Positions 41,726-56,000 of a stretch of DNA of 64,000 nt are shown piece after piece. The stretch is from Eledone cirrhosa (taxonomy: Eukaryota): positions 27,714,001-27,778,000 of the forward strand of contig OZ024744.1 of the NCBI GenBank assembly GCA_964016885.1. Reading direction: 5' to 3'. The notes under the pieces are model-generated. The model was not told the origin of the DNA, ran no database searches, and saw only the letters and a list, made by a program, of their open reading frames with translations. Made by a program: the position numbers and the translations under genes. Numbering within the stretch: position 1 is the first letter of the stretch; each line of letters begins with the position of its first letter.

Positions 41726-44439
41726 GTCACTGTTGTTGTTGTTGTCGTCGTTGTTATCACTGTTATTGTCATTATTGTTGTTGTCGCTGTTATAACTGTT
41801 ATTCTCACAGTTGTTGTTGTTGTTCTCGCTGTTATCACTGTCATCGTGATCGTTGTTGTTGTTGTTCTGGCTGTTATCACTGTTATTGTCACTGCTGTTG
41901 TCGCTGTTATCACTGTTATTGTCCCTGTTGTTGTTGTCGCTGTTATAACTGTTATTGTCACTATTGCTTTTGTTGTTGTCGCTCTTATCACTCTTATTGT
42001 CATTGTTGTTGTTGTTCTCGCTGCTATCCCTGTTATTGTCATTGTTGTTGTTGTTGTACTCGCTGTTATCACTGTTATTGTCATTGTTGTTGTTGTTGTC
42101 GCTGTTATCACTGTTATTGTCACTGTTTTTGTTGTTGTCGCTATTATCACTGTTATTGTCACTGTTGTTTTTTTTGTTGTCACTGTTATCACTGTTATTT
42201 TCATTGTTTTTGTTGTTGTTCTCGCATTTATCACTGTTATTGTCAGTGTTGTTGTTGTTGTTCTCGCTGTTATCACTGTCGTCGTCACTGTTGTCGTTGT
42301 TGTCGCTGTTATAACTGTTATTTTGACAGTTGTTGTTGTTGTTGTCGCTGTTATAACTGTTATTGTCATTGTTGTTGTTGTCGCTGTTATCACTGTTATT
42401 GAAACTGTTGTTGCTGTTGTTCTCGCTGTTATCACTGTTATTGTCACTGTTGTTGTTGTTGTTCTCGCTGTTACCACTGTTATTGTCACTGTTGTTGTTG
42501 TTGTCGCTTCTATAACTGTTATTGTCACTATTGCTGTTGTTGTTGTCGCTGTTATCACTCTTATTTTCATTGTTGTTGTTGTCGCTGTTATCACTGTTAT
42601 TGTCACTGTTGTTGTTCTCGCTGTTATAACTGTTATTCTCACTGTTGTTGTTCTGGCTGTTATCACTGGTATTGACACTGTTGTTGTTTTTATTGTCGCT
42701 GTTAGAACTGTTATTGTCACTGTTGTTATTGTTGTTGTCGCTGTTATAACTGTTATTGTCACTGTTGTTGTTGTTGTTCTCGATGTTATCACTGTTATTG
42801 TCATTGTTGTTGTTGTCGCTGTTATCACTGTTATTGTCATTGTTGTTGTTGTCGCTGTTATCACTGTTATTGTCACTGTTGTTGTTGTTCTCGCTGTTAT
42901 CACTGTTATTGTCACTGTTGTTCTTCTCGCTGTTATCACTGTTATTGTCATTGTTGTTGCTGTTGTGTTCGCTGTTATAACTGTTATTGTCATTGTTGTT
43001 GTTGTTGTCGCTGTTATCACTGTTATTGTCACTGTTGTTGTTGTCGCTGGTATAACTGTTATTGTCACTGTTTTTTTTTGTTGTTGTCGCTGTTTTCACT
43101 GTTATCGTCACTGTTGTTGTTGTCGCTGTTATAACTGTTATTGTCACTGTTGTTGTTGTTGTCACTGTTATCACGGTTATTGTCACTGTTGTTGTTGTTC
43201 TCGCTGTTATCACTGTTATTGTCATTGTTGTTGTTGTCGCTGTTATCACTGTTATTGTCACTGTTGCTGTTGTTGTCGCTGTTATCTCTGTTATTGTCAT
43301 TGTTGTTGTCGCTATTATAACTGTTATTGTCATTGTTGTTGTTGTTGTTGCTGTTATAACTGTTACTGTCACTGTTGTTGTCGTCGCTGTTATCACTGTT
43401 ATTTTCATTGTTGTTGTTGTTGTTCTCTCTGTTATCACTGTTATTGTCACTGTTATTGTCACTGTTGTTGTTGTTCTCGCTGTTATAACTGTTATTGTGT
43501 CTGTTGTTGTTGTCGCTGTTATAACTGTTATTGTCATTGTTGTTGTTGTTGTCGCTGTTATCACTGTTATTAACATTGTTGTTGTTGTTGTTCTCGCTGT
43601 TATCACTGTTATTGTCACTGTTGTTGTTGTTGTCGCTGTTATAACTGTTATTGTCACTGTTGTTGTCGCTGTTATCACTGTTATTGTCACTGTTGTTATT
43701 GTCGCTGTTATCACTGTTATTGTCACTGTTGCTGTTGTTGTCGCTGTTATCACTGCTATTGTCATTGTTGTTGTTGTTGTCGCTGTTATCACTGTGATTG
43801 TCATTGTTATTGTTGTTGTTGTTCTCGCTGTTATCACCGTTATTGTCACCGTTGTTGTCGCTGTTATCACTGTTATTGTCACTGTCGTTATTGTTGTTGT
43901 TGCTGTTATCACTGTTATTGTCACTGTTGTTGTTGTTGTCGCTGTTATAACTGTTATTGTCACTGTTGTTGTTGTTGTTGATGTCGCTGTTATCACTGTT
44001 ATTTTCATTGTTTCTGTTGTACTCGCTGTTATCACTGTTATTGTTGTTGTTGTTGTAGCTGTTATCACTGTTATTGTCACTGTTGTTGTCGCTGTTATCA
44101 CTGTTATTTTCATTGTTGTTCTCTCTGTTATCACTGTTATTGTCACTGTTATTGTCACTGTTGTTGTTGTTCTCGCTGTTATAACTGTTATTGTCATTGT
44201 TGTTGTTGTTGTCGCTGTTATCACTGTTATTAACACTGTTGTTGTTGTTGTTCTCGCTGTTATCACTGTTATTGTCACTGTTGTTGTTGTCGCTGTTATG
44301 ACTGTTATTGTCACTGTTGTTGCTGTTGTCGCTGTCATAACTCTTATTGTCACTGTTGTTGTTGTTGTCGTTATTATCACTGTTATTGTCATTATTGTTG
44401 TTCTCGCTGTTATCACTGGTATTGACACTGTTGTTGTTG

Positions 44440-46615
44440 TTGTTGTCGCTGTTATAACTGTTATTGTCTCTGTTGATGTTGTTGTTGTCGCTGTTATAAC
44501 TGTTATTGTCACTGTTGTTGTTGTCGCTGTTATAACTCTTATTGTCACTGTTGTTGTTGTTGTCGTCGTTGTTATCACTGTTATTGTCATTATTGTTGTT
44601 GTCGCTGTTATCACTGTTGTTGTCATTGTTGTTGTTGTTGTCGATGTTATCACTGTTATTGTCCCTGTTGTTGTTGTCGCTGTTATAACTGTTATTGTCA
44701 CTATTGCTTTTGTTTTTGTCGCTCTTATCACTCTTATTGTCATTGTTGTTGTTGTTCTCGCTGCTATCCCTGTTATTGTAATTGTTGTTGTTGTTGTACT
44801 CGCTGTTATCACTGTTATTGTCATTGTTGTTGTTGTTGTCACTGTTATCACTGTTATTGTCACTGTTTTTGTTGTTGTCGCTATTATCACTGTTATTGTC
44901 ACTGTTGTTTTTGTTGTTGTCGCTGTTATCACTGTTATTTTCATTGTTTTTGTTGTTGTTCTCGCATTTATCACTGTTATTGTCAGTGTTGTTGTTCTTG
45001 TTCTCGCTGTTATCACTAGCGTCGTCACTGTTGTTGTTGTTGTCGCTTCTATAACTGGTATTGTCACTATTGCTGTTGTTGTTGTCGCTGTTATCACTCT
45101 TATTGTCATCGTTGTTGTTGTCGCTGTTATCACTGTTATTGTCACTGTTATTGTTCTCGCTATTATAACTGTTATTCTCACTGTTGTTGTTCTCGCTGTT
45201 ATCAATGGTATTGACACTGTTGTTGTTTTTATTGTCGCTGTTAGAACTGTTATTGTCACTGTTGTTATTGTTGTTGTCGCTGTTATAACTGTTATTGTCA
45301 CTGTTGTTGTTGTTGTTCTCGCTGTTATCACTGTTATTGTCATTGTTGTTGTTTACGCTGTTATCACTGTTATTGTCATTGTTGTTGTTGTCGCTGTTAT
45401 CACTGTTATTGTCACTGTTGTTGATGTTCTCGCTGTTATCACTGTTATTGTCACTGTTGTTCTTCTTCTCGCTGTTATCACTGTTATTGTCATTGTTGTT
45501 GTTGTTGTGTTCGCTGTTATAACTGTTATTGTCATTGTTGTTATTGTTGTTGTTGTTGTCGCTGTTATCACTGTTATTGTCACTGTTGTTGTTGTCGCTG
45601 GTATAACTGTTATTGTCACTGTTGTTTTTGTTGTTGTCGCTGTTATCACTGTTATTGTCACTGTTGTTGTTGTCGCTGTTATAACTGTTATTGTCTCTGT
45701 TGATGTTGTTGTTGTCGCTGTTATAACTGTTATTGTCACTGTTGTTGTTGTCGCTGTTATAACTCTTATTGTCACTGTTGTTGTTGTTGTCGTCGTTGTT
45801 ATCACTGTTATTGTCATTATTGTTGTTGTCGCTGTTATCACTGTTATTGTCATTGTTGTTGTTGTTGTCGATGTTATCACTGTTATTGTCCCTGTTGTTG
45901 TTGTCGCTGTTATAACTGTTATTGTCACTATTGCTTTTGTTTTTGTCGCTCTTATCACTCTTATTGTCATTGTTGTTGTTGTTCTCGCTGCTATCCCTGT
46001 TATTGTAATTGTTGTTGTTGTTGTACTCGCTGTTATCACTGTTATTGTCATTGTTGTTGTTGTTGTCACTGTTATCACTGTTATTGTCACTGTTTTTGTT
46101 GTTGTCGCTATTATCACTGTTATTGTCACTGTTGTTTTTGTTGTTGTCGCTGTTATCACTGTTATTTTCATTGTTTTTGTTGTTGTTCTCGCATTTATCA
46201 CTGTTATTGTCAGTGTTGTTGTTCTTGTTCTCGCTGTTATCACTAGCGTCGTCACTGTTGTTGTTGTCGCTTCTATAACTGGTATTGTCACTATTGCTGT
46301 TGTTGTTGTCGCTGTTATCACTCTTATTGTCATCGTTGTTGTTGTCGCTGTTATCACTGTTATTGTCACTGTTATTGTTCTCGCTATTATAACTGTTATT
46401 CTCACTGTTGTTGTTCTCGCTGTTATCAATGGTATTGACACTGTTGTTGTTTTTATTGTCGCTGTTAGAACTGTTATTGTCACTGTTGTTATTGTTGTTG
46501 TCGCTGTTATAACTGTTATTGTCACTGTTGTTGTTGTTGTTCTCGCTGTTATCACTGTTATTGTCATTGTTGTTGTTTACGCTGTTATCACTGTTATTGT
46601 CATTGTTGTTGTTGT
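44440..46615. repeat. 1227-bp-period duplication of a ~950-bp segment
   Basis: GTCTCTGTTGAT at 44466/45693, GCTGCTATCCCT at 44760/45987, ACTAGCGTCGTC at 45015/46242 and GTTTACGCT at 45351/46575. Confidence 0.9.
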
Positions 46616-49600
46616 TGTTGCTGTTATAACTGTTACTGTCATTGTTGTTGTTGTTGTCGCTGTTATCACTGTTATTTTCATTGTTGTTGTTGTCGCTGTT
46701 ATCACTGTTATTGTCACTGTTGTTGTTGTTGTTGTCGCTGTTATCACTGTTATTGTCACTGTTGTTGTTGTTGTCGCTGTTATAAATGGTATTGTCACTG
46801 TTGTCGTTGTTGTCGATGTTATCACTGTTATTGTCACTGTTGTTGTTGTTGTTGTCTCTGTCATAACTGTTCTTTTCACTGTTGTTGTTGTTGCTGTTGT
46901 TGTTCTCGCTGTTATCACTGTTATTGTCACTGTTGTTGTCGCTGTTATCACTGTTATTGTCACTGTTGTTATTGTTGTTGTTGCTGTTATCACTGTTATT
47001 GTCACTGTTGTAGTTGTTGTCGCTGTTATAACTGTTATTGTCACTGTTGTTGTTGTTGCTGTCGCTGTTATCACTGTTATTGTCATTGTTGTTGTTGTTG
47101 TGGCTGTTATCACTGTTATTGTCATTGTTGTTGTCGCTGTTATCACTGTTATTTTCATTGTTGTTGTTGTTGTTCTCTCTGTTATCACTGTTATTGTCAC
47201 TGTTATTGTCACTGTTGTTGTTGTTCTCGCTGTTATAATTGTTATTGTGACTGTTGTTGTTGTCGCTGTTATAACTGTTATTGTCATTGTTGTTGTTGTT
47301 CTCGCTGTTATCACTGTTATTGTTGTTGTCGCTGTTATAACTGTTATTGTCACTGTTGTTGTTGTCGCTGTTATAACTCTTATTGTCACTGTTGTTGTTG
47401 TTGTCGTCGTTGTTATCACTGTTATTGTCATTATTTTTGTTGTCGCTGTTATCACTGTTATTGTAATTGTTGGTGTTGTTGTCGCTGTTATCACTGTTAT
47501 TGTCCCTGTTGTTGTTGTCGCTGTTATAAATGTTATTGTCACTATTGCTTTTGTTGTTGTCGCTCTTATCACTCTTATTGTCATTGCTGTTGTTGTTCTC
47601 GCTGCTATCCCTGTTATTGTCATTGTTGTTGTTGTTGTACTCGCTGTTATCACTGTTATTGTCATTGTTGTTGTTGTGGTCGCTGTTATCACTGTTATTG
47701 TCACTGTTTTTGTTGTTGTCGCTATTATCACTGTTATTGTCACTGTTGTTTTTGTTGTTGTCGCTGTTATCACTGTTATTTTCATTGTTTTTGTGGTTGT
47801 TCTCGCATTTATCACTGTTATTGTCAGTGTTGTTGTTGTTGTTCTCGCTGTTATCACTGTTGTCGTCACTGTTGTTGTTGTTGTTGTCGCTGTTATAACT
47901 GTTATTGTCGCTGTTATAACTGTTATTGTCATTGTTGTTGTTGTCACTGTTATCACTGTTATTGACACTGTTGTTGCTGTTGTTCTCGCTGTTATCACTG
48001 TTATTGTCACTGTTGTTGTTGTTGTTCTCGCTGTTACCACTGTTATTGTCAATGTTGTTGTTGTCGCTGTTATAACTGTTATTGTCACTGTTGTTGTTGT
48101 TGTCGCTGTTATAACTCTTATTGTCACTGTTGTTGTTGTAGTTGTCGTTGTTATCACTGTAATTGTCATTATTGTTATTGTCGTAGTTATCACTGTTATT
48201 GTCATTGTTGTTGTTGTTGTTGTCGTCGCTGTTATCACTTTTATTGTCACTGTTTTTGTTGTTGTCGCTTCTATAACTGTTATTTTCACTATTGCTGTTG
48301 TTGTCGCTATTATCACTCCTATTGTCATTGTTGTTGTTGTCGCTGTTATCACTGTTATTGTCACTGTTGTTGTTCTCGCTGTTATAACTGTTATTCTCAC
48401 TGTTGTTGTTGTTCTCGCTGTTATCACTGGTATTGACACTGTTGTTGTTTTTATTGTCGCTGTTATAACTGTTATTGTCACTGTTGTTATTGTTGTTGTC
48501 GCTGTTATAACTGTTTTTGTTACTGTTGTTGTTGTTGTTCTCGCTGTTATCACTGTTATTGTCACTGTTGTTGTTCTTCTCGCTGTTATCACTGTTATTG
48601 TCATTGTTGTTGTTGTTGTGTTCGCTGTTATAACTGTTATTGTCATTGTTGTTGTTGTTGTCGCTGTTATCACTGTTATTGTCACTGTTGTTGTTGTCGC
48701 TGGTATAACTGTTATTGTCACTGTTGTTTTTGTTGTTTGCGCTGTTATCACTGTTATTGTCACTGTTGTTGTTGTCGCTGTTATAACTGTTATTGTCATT
48801 GTTGTTGTTGTTGTCACTGTTATCACTGTTATTGTCACCGTTGTTGTTGTTCTCGCTGTTATCACTGTTATTGTCCTTGTTGTTGTCGCTGTTATCACTG
48901 TTATTGTCACTGTTGCTGTTGTTGTCGCTGTTATCTCTGTTATTGTCATTGTTGTTGTCGCTGTTATAACTGTTATTGTCATTGTTGTTGTTGTTGATGC
49001 TGTTATAACTGTTACTGTCATTGTTGTTGTTGTCGCTGTTATCACTGTTATTTTCACTGTTGTTGTTGTTGTTGTCGCTGTTATCACTGTTATTGTCACT
49101 GTTGTTGTTGTTGTCACTGTTATAAATGTTATAGTCACTGTTGTCGTTGTTGTCGCTATTATCACTGTTATTGTCACTGTTGTTGTTGTTGTTGTTGTCG
49201 CTGTCATAACTGTTCTTTTCACTGTTGTTGTTGTTGTTGTTGTTGTCGCTGTTATAACTGTTATTGTCACTGTTGTTGTCGCTGTTATAACTCTTATTGT
49301 CACTGTTGTTGTTGTCGCTGTTATCACTGTTATTGTCACAGTTGTTGTTGTCGCTGTTATCATTGTTATTGTCATTGTCGTTGTTGTCGCGTTTATAACT
49401 GTTATTGTCATTATTGTTGTTGTTGTCGCTGTTATAACTGTTATTGTCACTGTTGTTGTTGTTGCTGTCGGTGTTATAACTGTTATTGTCACTGTTGTTA
49501 TTGTTGTTGTCGCTGTTATAACTGTTATTGTCACTGTTGTTGTTGTTGTTGTTCTCGCTGTTATCACTGTTATTGTCATTGTTGTTCTTGTCGCTGTTAT

Positions 49601-52600
49601 CACTGTTATTGTCACTGTTGTTGTTGTTCTCGCTGTTATCACTGTTATTGTCACTGTTATTGTTCTTCTCGCTGTTATCACTGTTATTGTCATTGTTGTT
49701 GTTGTTGTGTTCGCTGTTATAACTGTTATTGTCATTGTTGTTCTTGTTGTTGTCGCTGTTATCACTGTTATTGTCACTGTTGTTGTCGCTGGTATAACTG
49801 TTATTGTCACTGTTGTTTTTGTTGTTGTCGCTGTTATCACTGTTATTGTCACTGTTGTTGTTGTCGCTGTTATAACTGTTATTGTCACTGTTGTTGTTGT
49901 TGTCACTGTTATCACTGTTATTGTCACTGTTGTTGTTCTCGCTGTTATCACTGTTATTGTCATTGTTGTTGTTGTCGCTGTTATCACTGTTATTGTCACT
50001 GTTGCTGTTGTTGTCGCTGTTATCTCTGTTATTCTCATTTTTGTTGTCGCTGTTATAACTGTTATTGTCATTGTTGTTGTTGTTGTTGCTGTTATAACTG
50101 TTTCTGTCATTGTTGTTGTTGTTGCCGCTGTAATCACTGTTATTTTCATTGTTGTTGTCGATGTTATCACTGTTATTGTCACTGTTGTTGTTGTTGTTGT
50201 CGATTTTATCACTGTTTTTGTCACTGTTGTTGTTGTTGTTGTTGCTGTCATAACTGTTCTTTTCACTGTTGTTGTTGTTGTTGTTGTCCCTGTTATAACT
50301 GTTATTGTCACTGTTGTTGTCGCTGTTATAACTCTTATTGTCACTGTTGTTGTTGTTGTCGCTGTTATCACTGTTATTGTCACAGTTGTTGTTGTCGCTG
50401 TTATAACTGTTATTGTCACTGTTGTTGTTGTTGCTGTCGGTGTTATAACTGTTATTAGTTACTGTTGTTGTTGTTGTTGTTCTCGCTGTTACCACTGTTA
50501 TTGTCAATGTTGTTGTTGTTGTCGCTGTTATAACTGTTATTGTCACTGTTGTTGTTGTTGTTGTCGCTGTTATAAATCTTATTGTCACTGTTGTTGTTGT
50601 TGTTGTTGTCGTTGTTATCACTGTTATTGTCATTATTGTTATTGTCGCTGTTATCACTGTTATTGTCATTGTTGTTGTTGTTGTTGTTGTTGTCGCTGTT
50701 ATCACTGTTATTGTCACTGTTGTTGTTGTTGTCGCTTCTATAACTGTTATTGTCACTATTGCTGTTGTTGTTGTCGCTGTTATCACTCTTATTGTCATTG
50801 TTGTTGTCGCTGTTATCACTGTTATTGTCACTGTTGTTGTTCTCGCTGTTATAACTGTTATTCTCACTGCTGTTGTTCTGGCTGTTATCACTGGTATTGA
50901 CACTGTTGTTGTTTTTATTGTCGCTGTTAGAACTGTTATTGTCACTGTTGTTATTGTTGTTGTCGCTGTTATAACTGTTATTGTCACTGTTGTTGTTGTT
51001 GTTCTCGCTGTTATCACTGTTATTGTCATTGTTGTTGTTGTCGCTGTTATCACTGTTATTGTCATTGTTGTTGTCGCTGTAATCATTGTTATTGTCACTG
51101 TTGTTGTTGTTCTCGCTGTTATCACTGTTATTGTCACTGTTGTTGTTGTTCCCGCTGTTATCACTTATTGTCATTGTTGTTGTCGCTGTTATCACTGTTA
51201 TTGTCACTGTTGCTCTTGTTGTCGCTGTTATCTCTGTTATTGTCATTGTTGTTGTTGCTGTTATAACTGTTACTGTCACTGTTGTTGTTGTTCACGCTGT
51301 TATAACTGTTATTGTCACTGTTGTTGTTGTTGCTGTCGCTGTTATCACTGTTATTGTCATTGTTGCTGTTGTACTCGCTGTTATCACTGTTATTGTTGTT
51401 GTTGTAGTGGCTGTTATCACTGTTATTGTCACTGTTGTTGTCGCTGTTATCACTGTTATTTTCATTGTTGTTGTTGTTGTTCTCTCTGTTATCACTGTTA
51501 TTGTCACTGTTATTGTCACTGTTGTTGTTGTTCTCGCTGTTATAACTGTTATTGTGACTGTTGTTGTTGTTTATGTTATAACTGTTATTGTCATTGTTGT
51601 TGTTGTTGTCGCTGTTATCACTGTTATTAACACTGTTGTTGTTGTTGTTCTCGCTGTTATCACTGTTATTGTCACTGTTGTTGTTGCTGTTGTCGCTGTC
51701 ATAACTCTTATTGTCACTGTTGTTGTTGTCGTTGTTATCACTGTTATTGTCATTATTGTTATTGTCGCTGTTATCAATGTTATTGTCATTGTTGTTGTTA
51801 TTGTTGTTCTCGCTGTTATCACTGGTATTGACACTGTTGTTGTTGTTGTCGCTGTTATAACTGTTATTGTCTCTGTTGATGTTGTTGTTGTCGCTGTTAT
51901 CACTGTTATTGTCATTGTTGTTGTTGTTGTCGCTGTTATCACTGTTATTGTCCCTGTTGTTGTTGTCGCTGCTATAACTGTTATTGTCACTATTGCTTTT
52001 GTTGTTGTCGCTCTTATCACTCTTATTGTAATTGTTGTTGTTGTTCTCGCTGCTATCCCTGTTATTGTCATTGTTGTTGTTGTTGTACTCGCTGTTATCA
52101 CTGTTATTGTCATTGTTGTTGTTGTTGTCGCTGTTATCACTGTTATTGTCACTGTTGTTTTTGTTGTTGTCGCTGTTATCACTGTTATTTTCATTGTTTT
52201 TGTTGTTGTTCTCGCATTTATCACTGTTATTGTCAGTGTTGTTGTTCTTGTTCTCGCTGTTATCACTGTCGTCGTCACTGTTGTTGTTGTTGTCGCTGTT
52301 ATAACTGTTATTGTGACTGTTGTTGTTGTTGTTGTCGCTGTTATAACTGTTATTGTCATTGTTGTTGTTGTCGCTGTTATCACTGTTATTGACACTGTTG
52401 TTGCTTTTGTTCTCGCTGTTATCACTGTTATTGTCACTGTTGTTGTTGTTCTCGCTGTTACCAATGTTATTGTCAATGTTGTTGTTGTTGTCGCTGTTAT
52501 AACTGTTATTGTCACTGTTGTTGTTGTTGTCGCTGTTATAACTGTTATTGTCACTGTTGTTGTTGTTGTTGTCGTTGTTATCACTGTTATTGTCATTATT

Positions 52601-52629
52601 GTTATTGTCGCTGTTATCACTGTTATTGT

Positions 52630-52633
<4 letters not shown>

Positions 52634-52669
<36 letters not shown>
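52634..52669. repeat. Longest pure microsatellite tract seen, (GTT)12
   Basis: Direct count of 36 bp between ATT (52631-52633) and ATCGCT (52670). Confidence 0.9.
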
Positions 52670-53029
52670 ATCGCTGTTATCACTGTTATTGTCACTGTTG
52701 TTGTTGTTGTCGCTTCTATAACTGTTATTGTCACTATTGCTGTTGTTGTTGTCGCTGTTATCACTGTTATTGTCACTGTTGTTGTTCTCGCTGTTATAAC
52801 TGTTATTCTCACTGTTGTTGTTCTCGCTGTTATCAATGGTATTGACACTGTTGTTGTTTTTATTGTCGCTGTTAGAACTGTTATTGTCACTGTTGTTATT
52901 GTTGTTGTCGCTGTTATAACTGTTATTGTCACTGTTGTTGTTGTTGTTGTTGTCGCTGTTATCACTGTTATTGTCATTGTTGTTGTTGTCGCTGTTATCA
53001 CTGTTATTGTCATTGTTGTTGTTGTCGCT

Positions 53030-56000
53030 GTTATCACTGTTATTGTCACTGTTGTTGTTGTTCTCGCTGTTATCACTGTTATTGTCACTGTTGTTGTTCT
53101 TCTCGCTGTTATCACTGTTATTGTCATTGTTGTTGTTGTTGTGTTCGCTGTTATATCTGTTATTGTCATTGTTGTTGTTGTTGTTGTTGTCGCTGTTATC
53201 ACTGTTATTGTCACTGTTGTTGTTGTCGCTGGTATAACTGTTATTGTCACTGTTGTTTTTGTTGTTGTCGCTGTTATCACTGTTATTGTCAATGTTGTTG
53301 TTGTCGCTGTTATAACTGTTATTGTCACTGTTGTTGTTGTCACTGTTATCACTCTTATTGTCACTGTTGTTGTTGTTCTCGCTGTTATCACTGTTATTGT
53401 CACTGTTGCTGTTGTTGTCGCTGTTATCTCTGTTATTGTCATTGTTGTTGTCGCTGTCATAACTGTTATTGTCATTGTTGTTGTTGTTGTTGCTGTTATA
53501 ACTGTTACTGTCATTGTTGTAGTTGTTGTCGCTGTTATCACTGTTATTATCATTGTTGTTGTTGTCGCTGTTATCACTGTTATTGTCACTGTTGTTGTTG
53601 TTGTCGCTGTTATCACTGTTATTGTCACTGTTGTTGTTGTTGTCACTGTTATAAATGTTATTGTCACTGTTGTCGTTGTTGTCGCTGTTATCACTCTTAT
53701 TGTCACTGTTGTTGTTGTTGTCGCTGTCATAACTGTTCTTTTCACTGTTGTTGTTGTTGTTGTTGTTGTTATCGCTGTTATCACTGTTATTGTCACTGCT
53801 GTTGTCGCTGTTATCACTGTTATTGTCACTGTTGTTATTGTTGTTGTTGCTGTTATCACTGTTATTGTCACTGTTGTAGTTGTTGTCGCTGTTATAACTG
53901 TTATTGTCACTGTTGTTGTTGATGCTGTCGCTGTTATCACTGTTATTGTCATTGTTGTTGTTGTTGTGGCTGTTATCACTGTTATTGTCACTGTTGTTGT
54001 CGCTGTTATCACTGTTATTTTCATTGTTGTTGTTGTTGTTCTCTCTGTTATCACTGTTATTGTCACTGTTATTGTCACTGTTGTTGTTGTTGTTCTTGCT
54101 GTTATAATTGTTATTGTGACTATTGTTGTTGTCGCTGTTATAACTGTTATTGTCATTGTTGTTGTTGTTGTCGCTGTTATCACTGTTATTAACACTGTTG
54201 TTGTTGTTGTTCACGCTGTTATCACTGTTATTTTCACTGTTGTTGTTGTTGTCGCTGTTATAACTGTTATTGTCACTGTTGTTGTTGCTGTTGTCGCTGT
54301 CATAACTCTTATTGTCACTGTTGTTGTTGTTGTTGTCGTTGTTATCACTGTTATTGTCATTATTGTTGTTCTCGCTGTTATCACTGGTATTGACACAGTT
54401 GTTGTTGTTGTTGTCGCTGTTATAACTGTTATTGTCTCTGTTGTTGTTGTCGCTGTTATAACTGTTATTGTCACTGTTGTTGTTGTCGCTGTTATAACTC
54501 TTATTGTCACTGTTGTTGCTGTTGTTCTCGCTGTTATCACTGTTATTGTCACTGTTGTTGTTGTTGTTCTCGCTGTTACCACTGTTATTGTCAATGTTGT
54601 GGTTGTTGTCGCTGTTATAACTGTTATTGTCACTGTTGTTGTTGTTGTCGCTGTTATAACTCTTATTGTCACTGTTGTTGTTGTTGTTGTTGTTATCACT
54701 GTAATTGTCATTATTGTTATTGTCGCTGTTATCACTGTTATTGTCATTGTTGTTGTTGTTGTCGTCGCTGTTATCACTTTTATTGTCACTGTTTTTGTTG
54801 TTGTCGCTTCTATAACTGTTATTTTCACTATTGCTGTTGTTGTCGCTGTTATCACTCCTATTGTCATTGTTGTTGTCGCTGTTATAACTGTTATTGTCGC
54901 TGTTATAACTGTTATTGTCATTGTTGTTGTTGTCACTGTTATCACTGTTATTGACACTGTTGTTGCTGTTGTTCTCGCTGTTATCACTGTTATTGTCACT
55001 GTTGTTGTTGTTGTTCTCGCTGTTACCACTGTTATTGTCAATGTTGTGGTTGTTGTCGCTGTTATAACTGTTATTGTCACTGTTGTTGTTGTTGTCGCTG
55101 TTATAACTCTTATTGTCACTGTTGTTGTTGTTGTTGTTGTTATCACTGTAATTGTCATTATTGTTATTGTCGCTGTTATCACTGTTATTGTCATTGTTGT
55201 TGTTGTTGTCGTCGCTGTTATCACTTTTATTGTCACTGTTTTTGTTGTTGTCGCTTCTATAACTGTTATTTTCACTATTGCTGTTGTTGTCGCTGTTATC
55301 ACTCCTATTGTCATTGTTGTTGTCGCTGTTATCACTGTTATTGTCACTGTTGTTGTTCTCGCTGTTATAACTGTTATTCTCACTGTTGTTGTTGTTCTCG
55401 CTGTTATCACTGGTATTGACACTGTTGTTGTTTTTATTGTCACTGTTATAACTGTTATTGTCACTGTTGTTATTGTTGTTGTCGCTGTTATAACTGTTAT
55501 TGTCACTGTTGTTGTTGATGTTCTCGCTGTTATCACTGTTATTGTCATTGTTGTTGTTGTCGCTGTTATCACTGTTATTGTCACTGTTGTTGTTGTTCTC
55601 GCTGTTATCACTGTTATTGTCACTGTTGTTGTTCTTCTCGCTGTTATCACTGTTATTGTCATTGTTGTTGTTGTTTTGTTCGCTGTTATATCTGTTATTG
55701 TCATTGTTGTTGTTGTTGTTGTTGTTGTCGCTGTTATCACTGTTATTGTCACTGTTGTTGTTTTCGCTGGTATAACTGTTATTGTAAATGTTGTTTTTGT
55801 TGTTGTCGCTGTTATCACTGTTATTGTCAATGTTGTTGTTGTCGCTGTTATAACTGTTATTGTCACTGTTGTTGTTGTCACTGTTATCACTCTTATTGTC
55901 ACTGTTGTTGTTGTTCTCGCTGTTATCACTGTTATTGTCACTGTTGCTGTTGTTGTCGCTGTTATCTCTGTTATTGTCATTGTTGTTGTCGCTGTCATAA

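Noticed and set aside
43062-50900. Plus-strand Val/Ile-rich ORFs (up to 2612 aa) as membrane proteins
   Set aside because: Thousands of contiguous hydrophobic residues with no loops are implausible. GTT-family triplets are simply several mutations away from stop codons.
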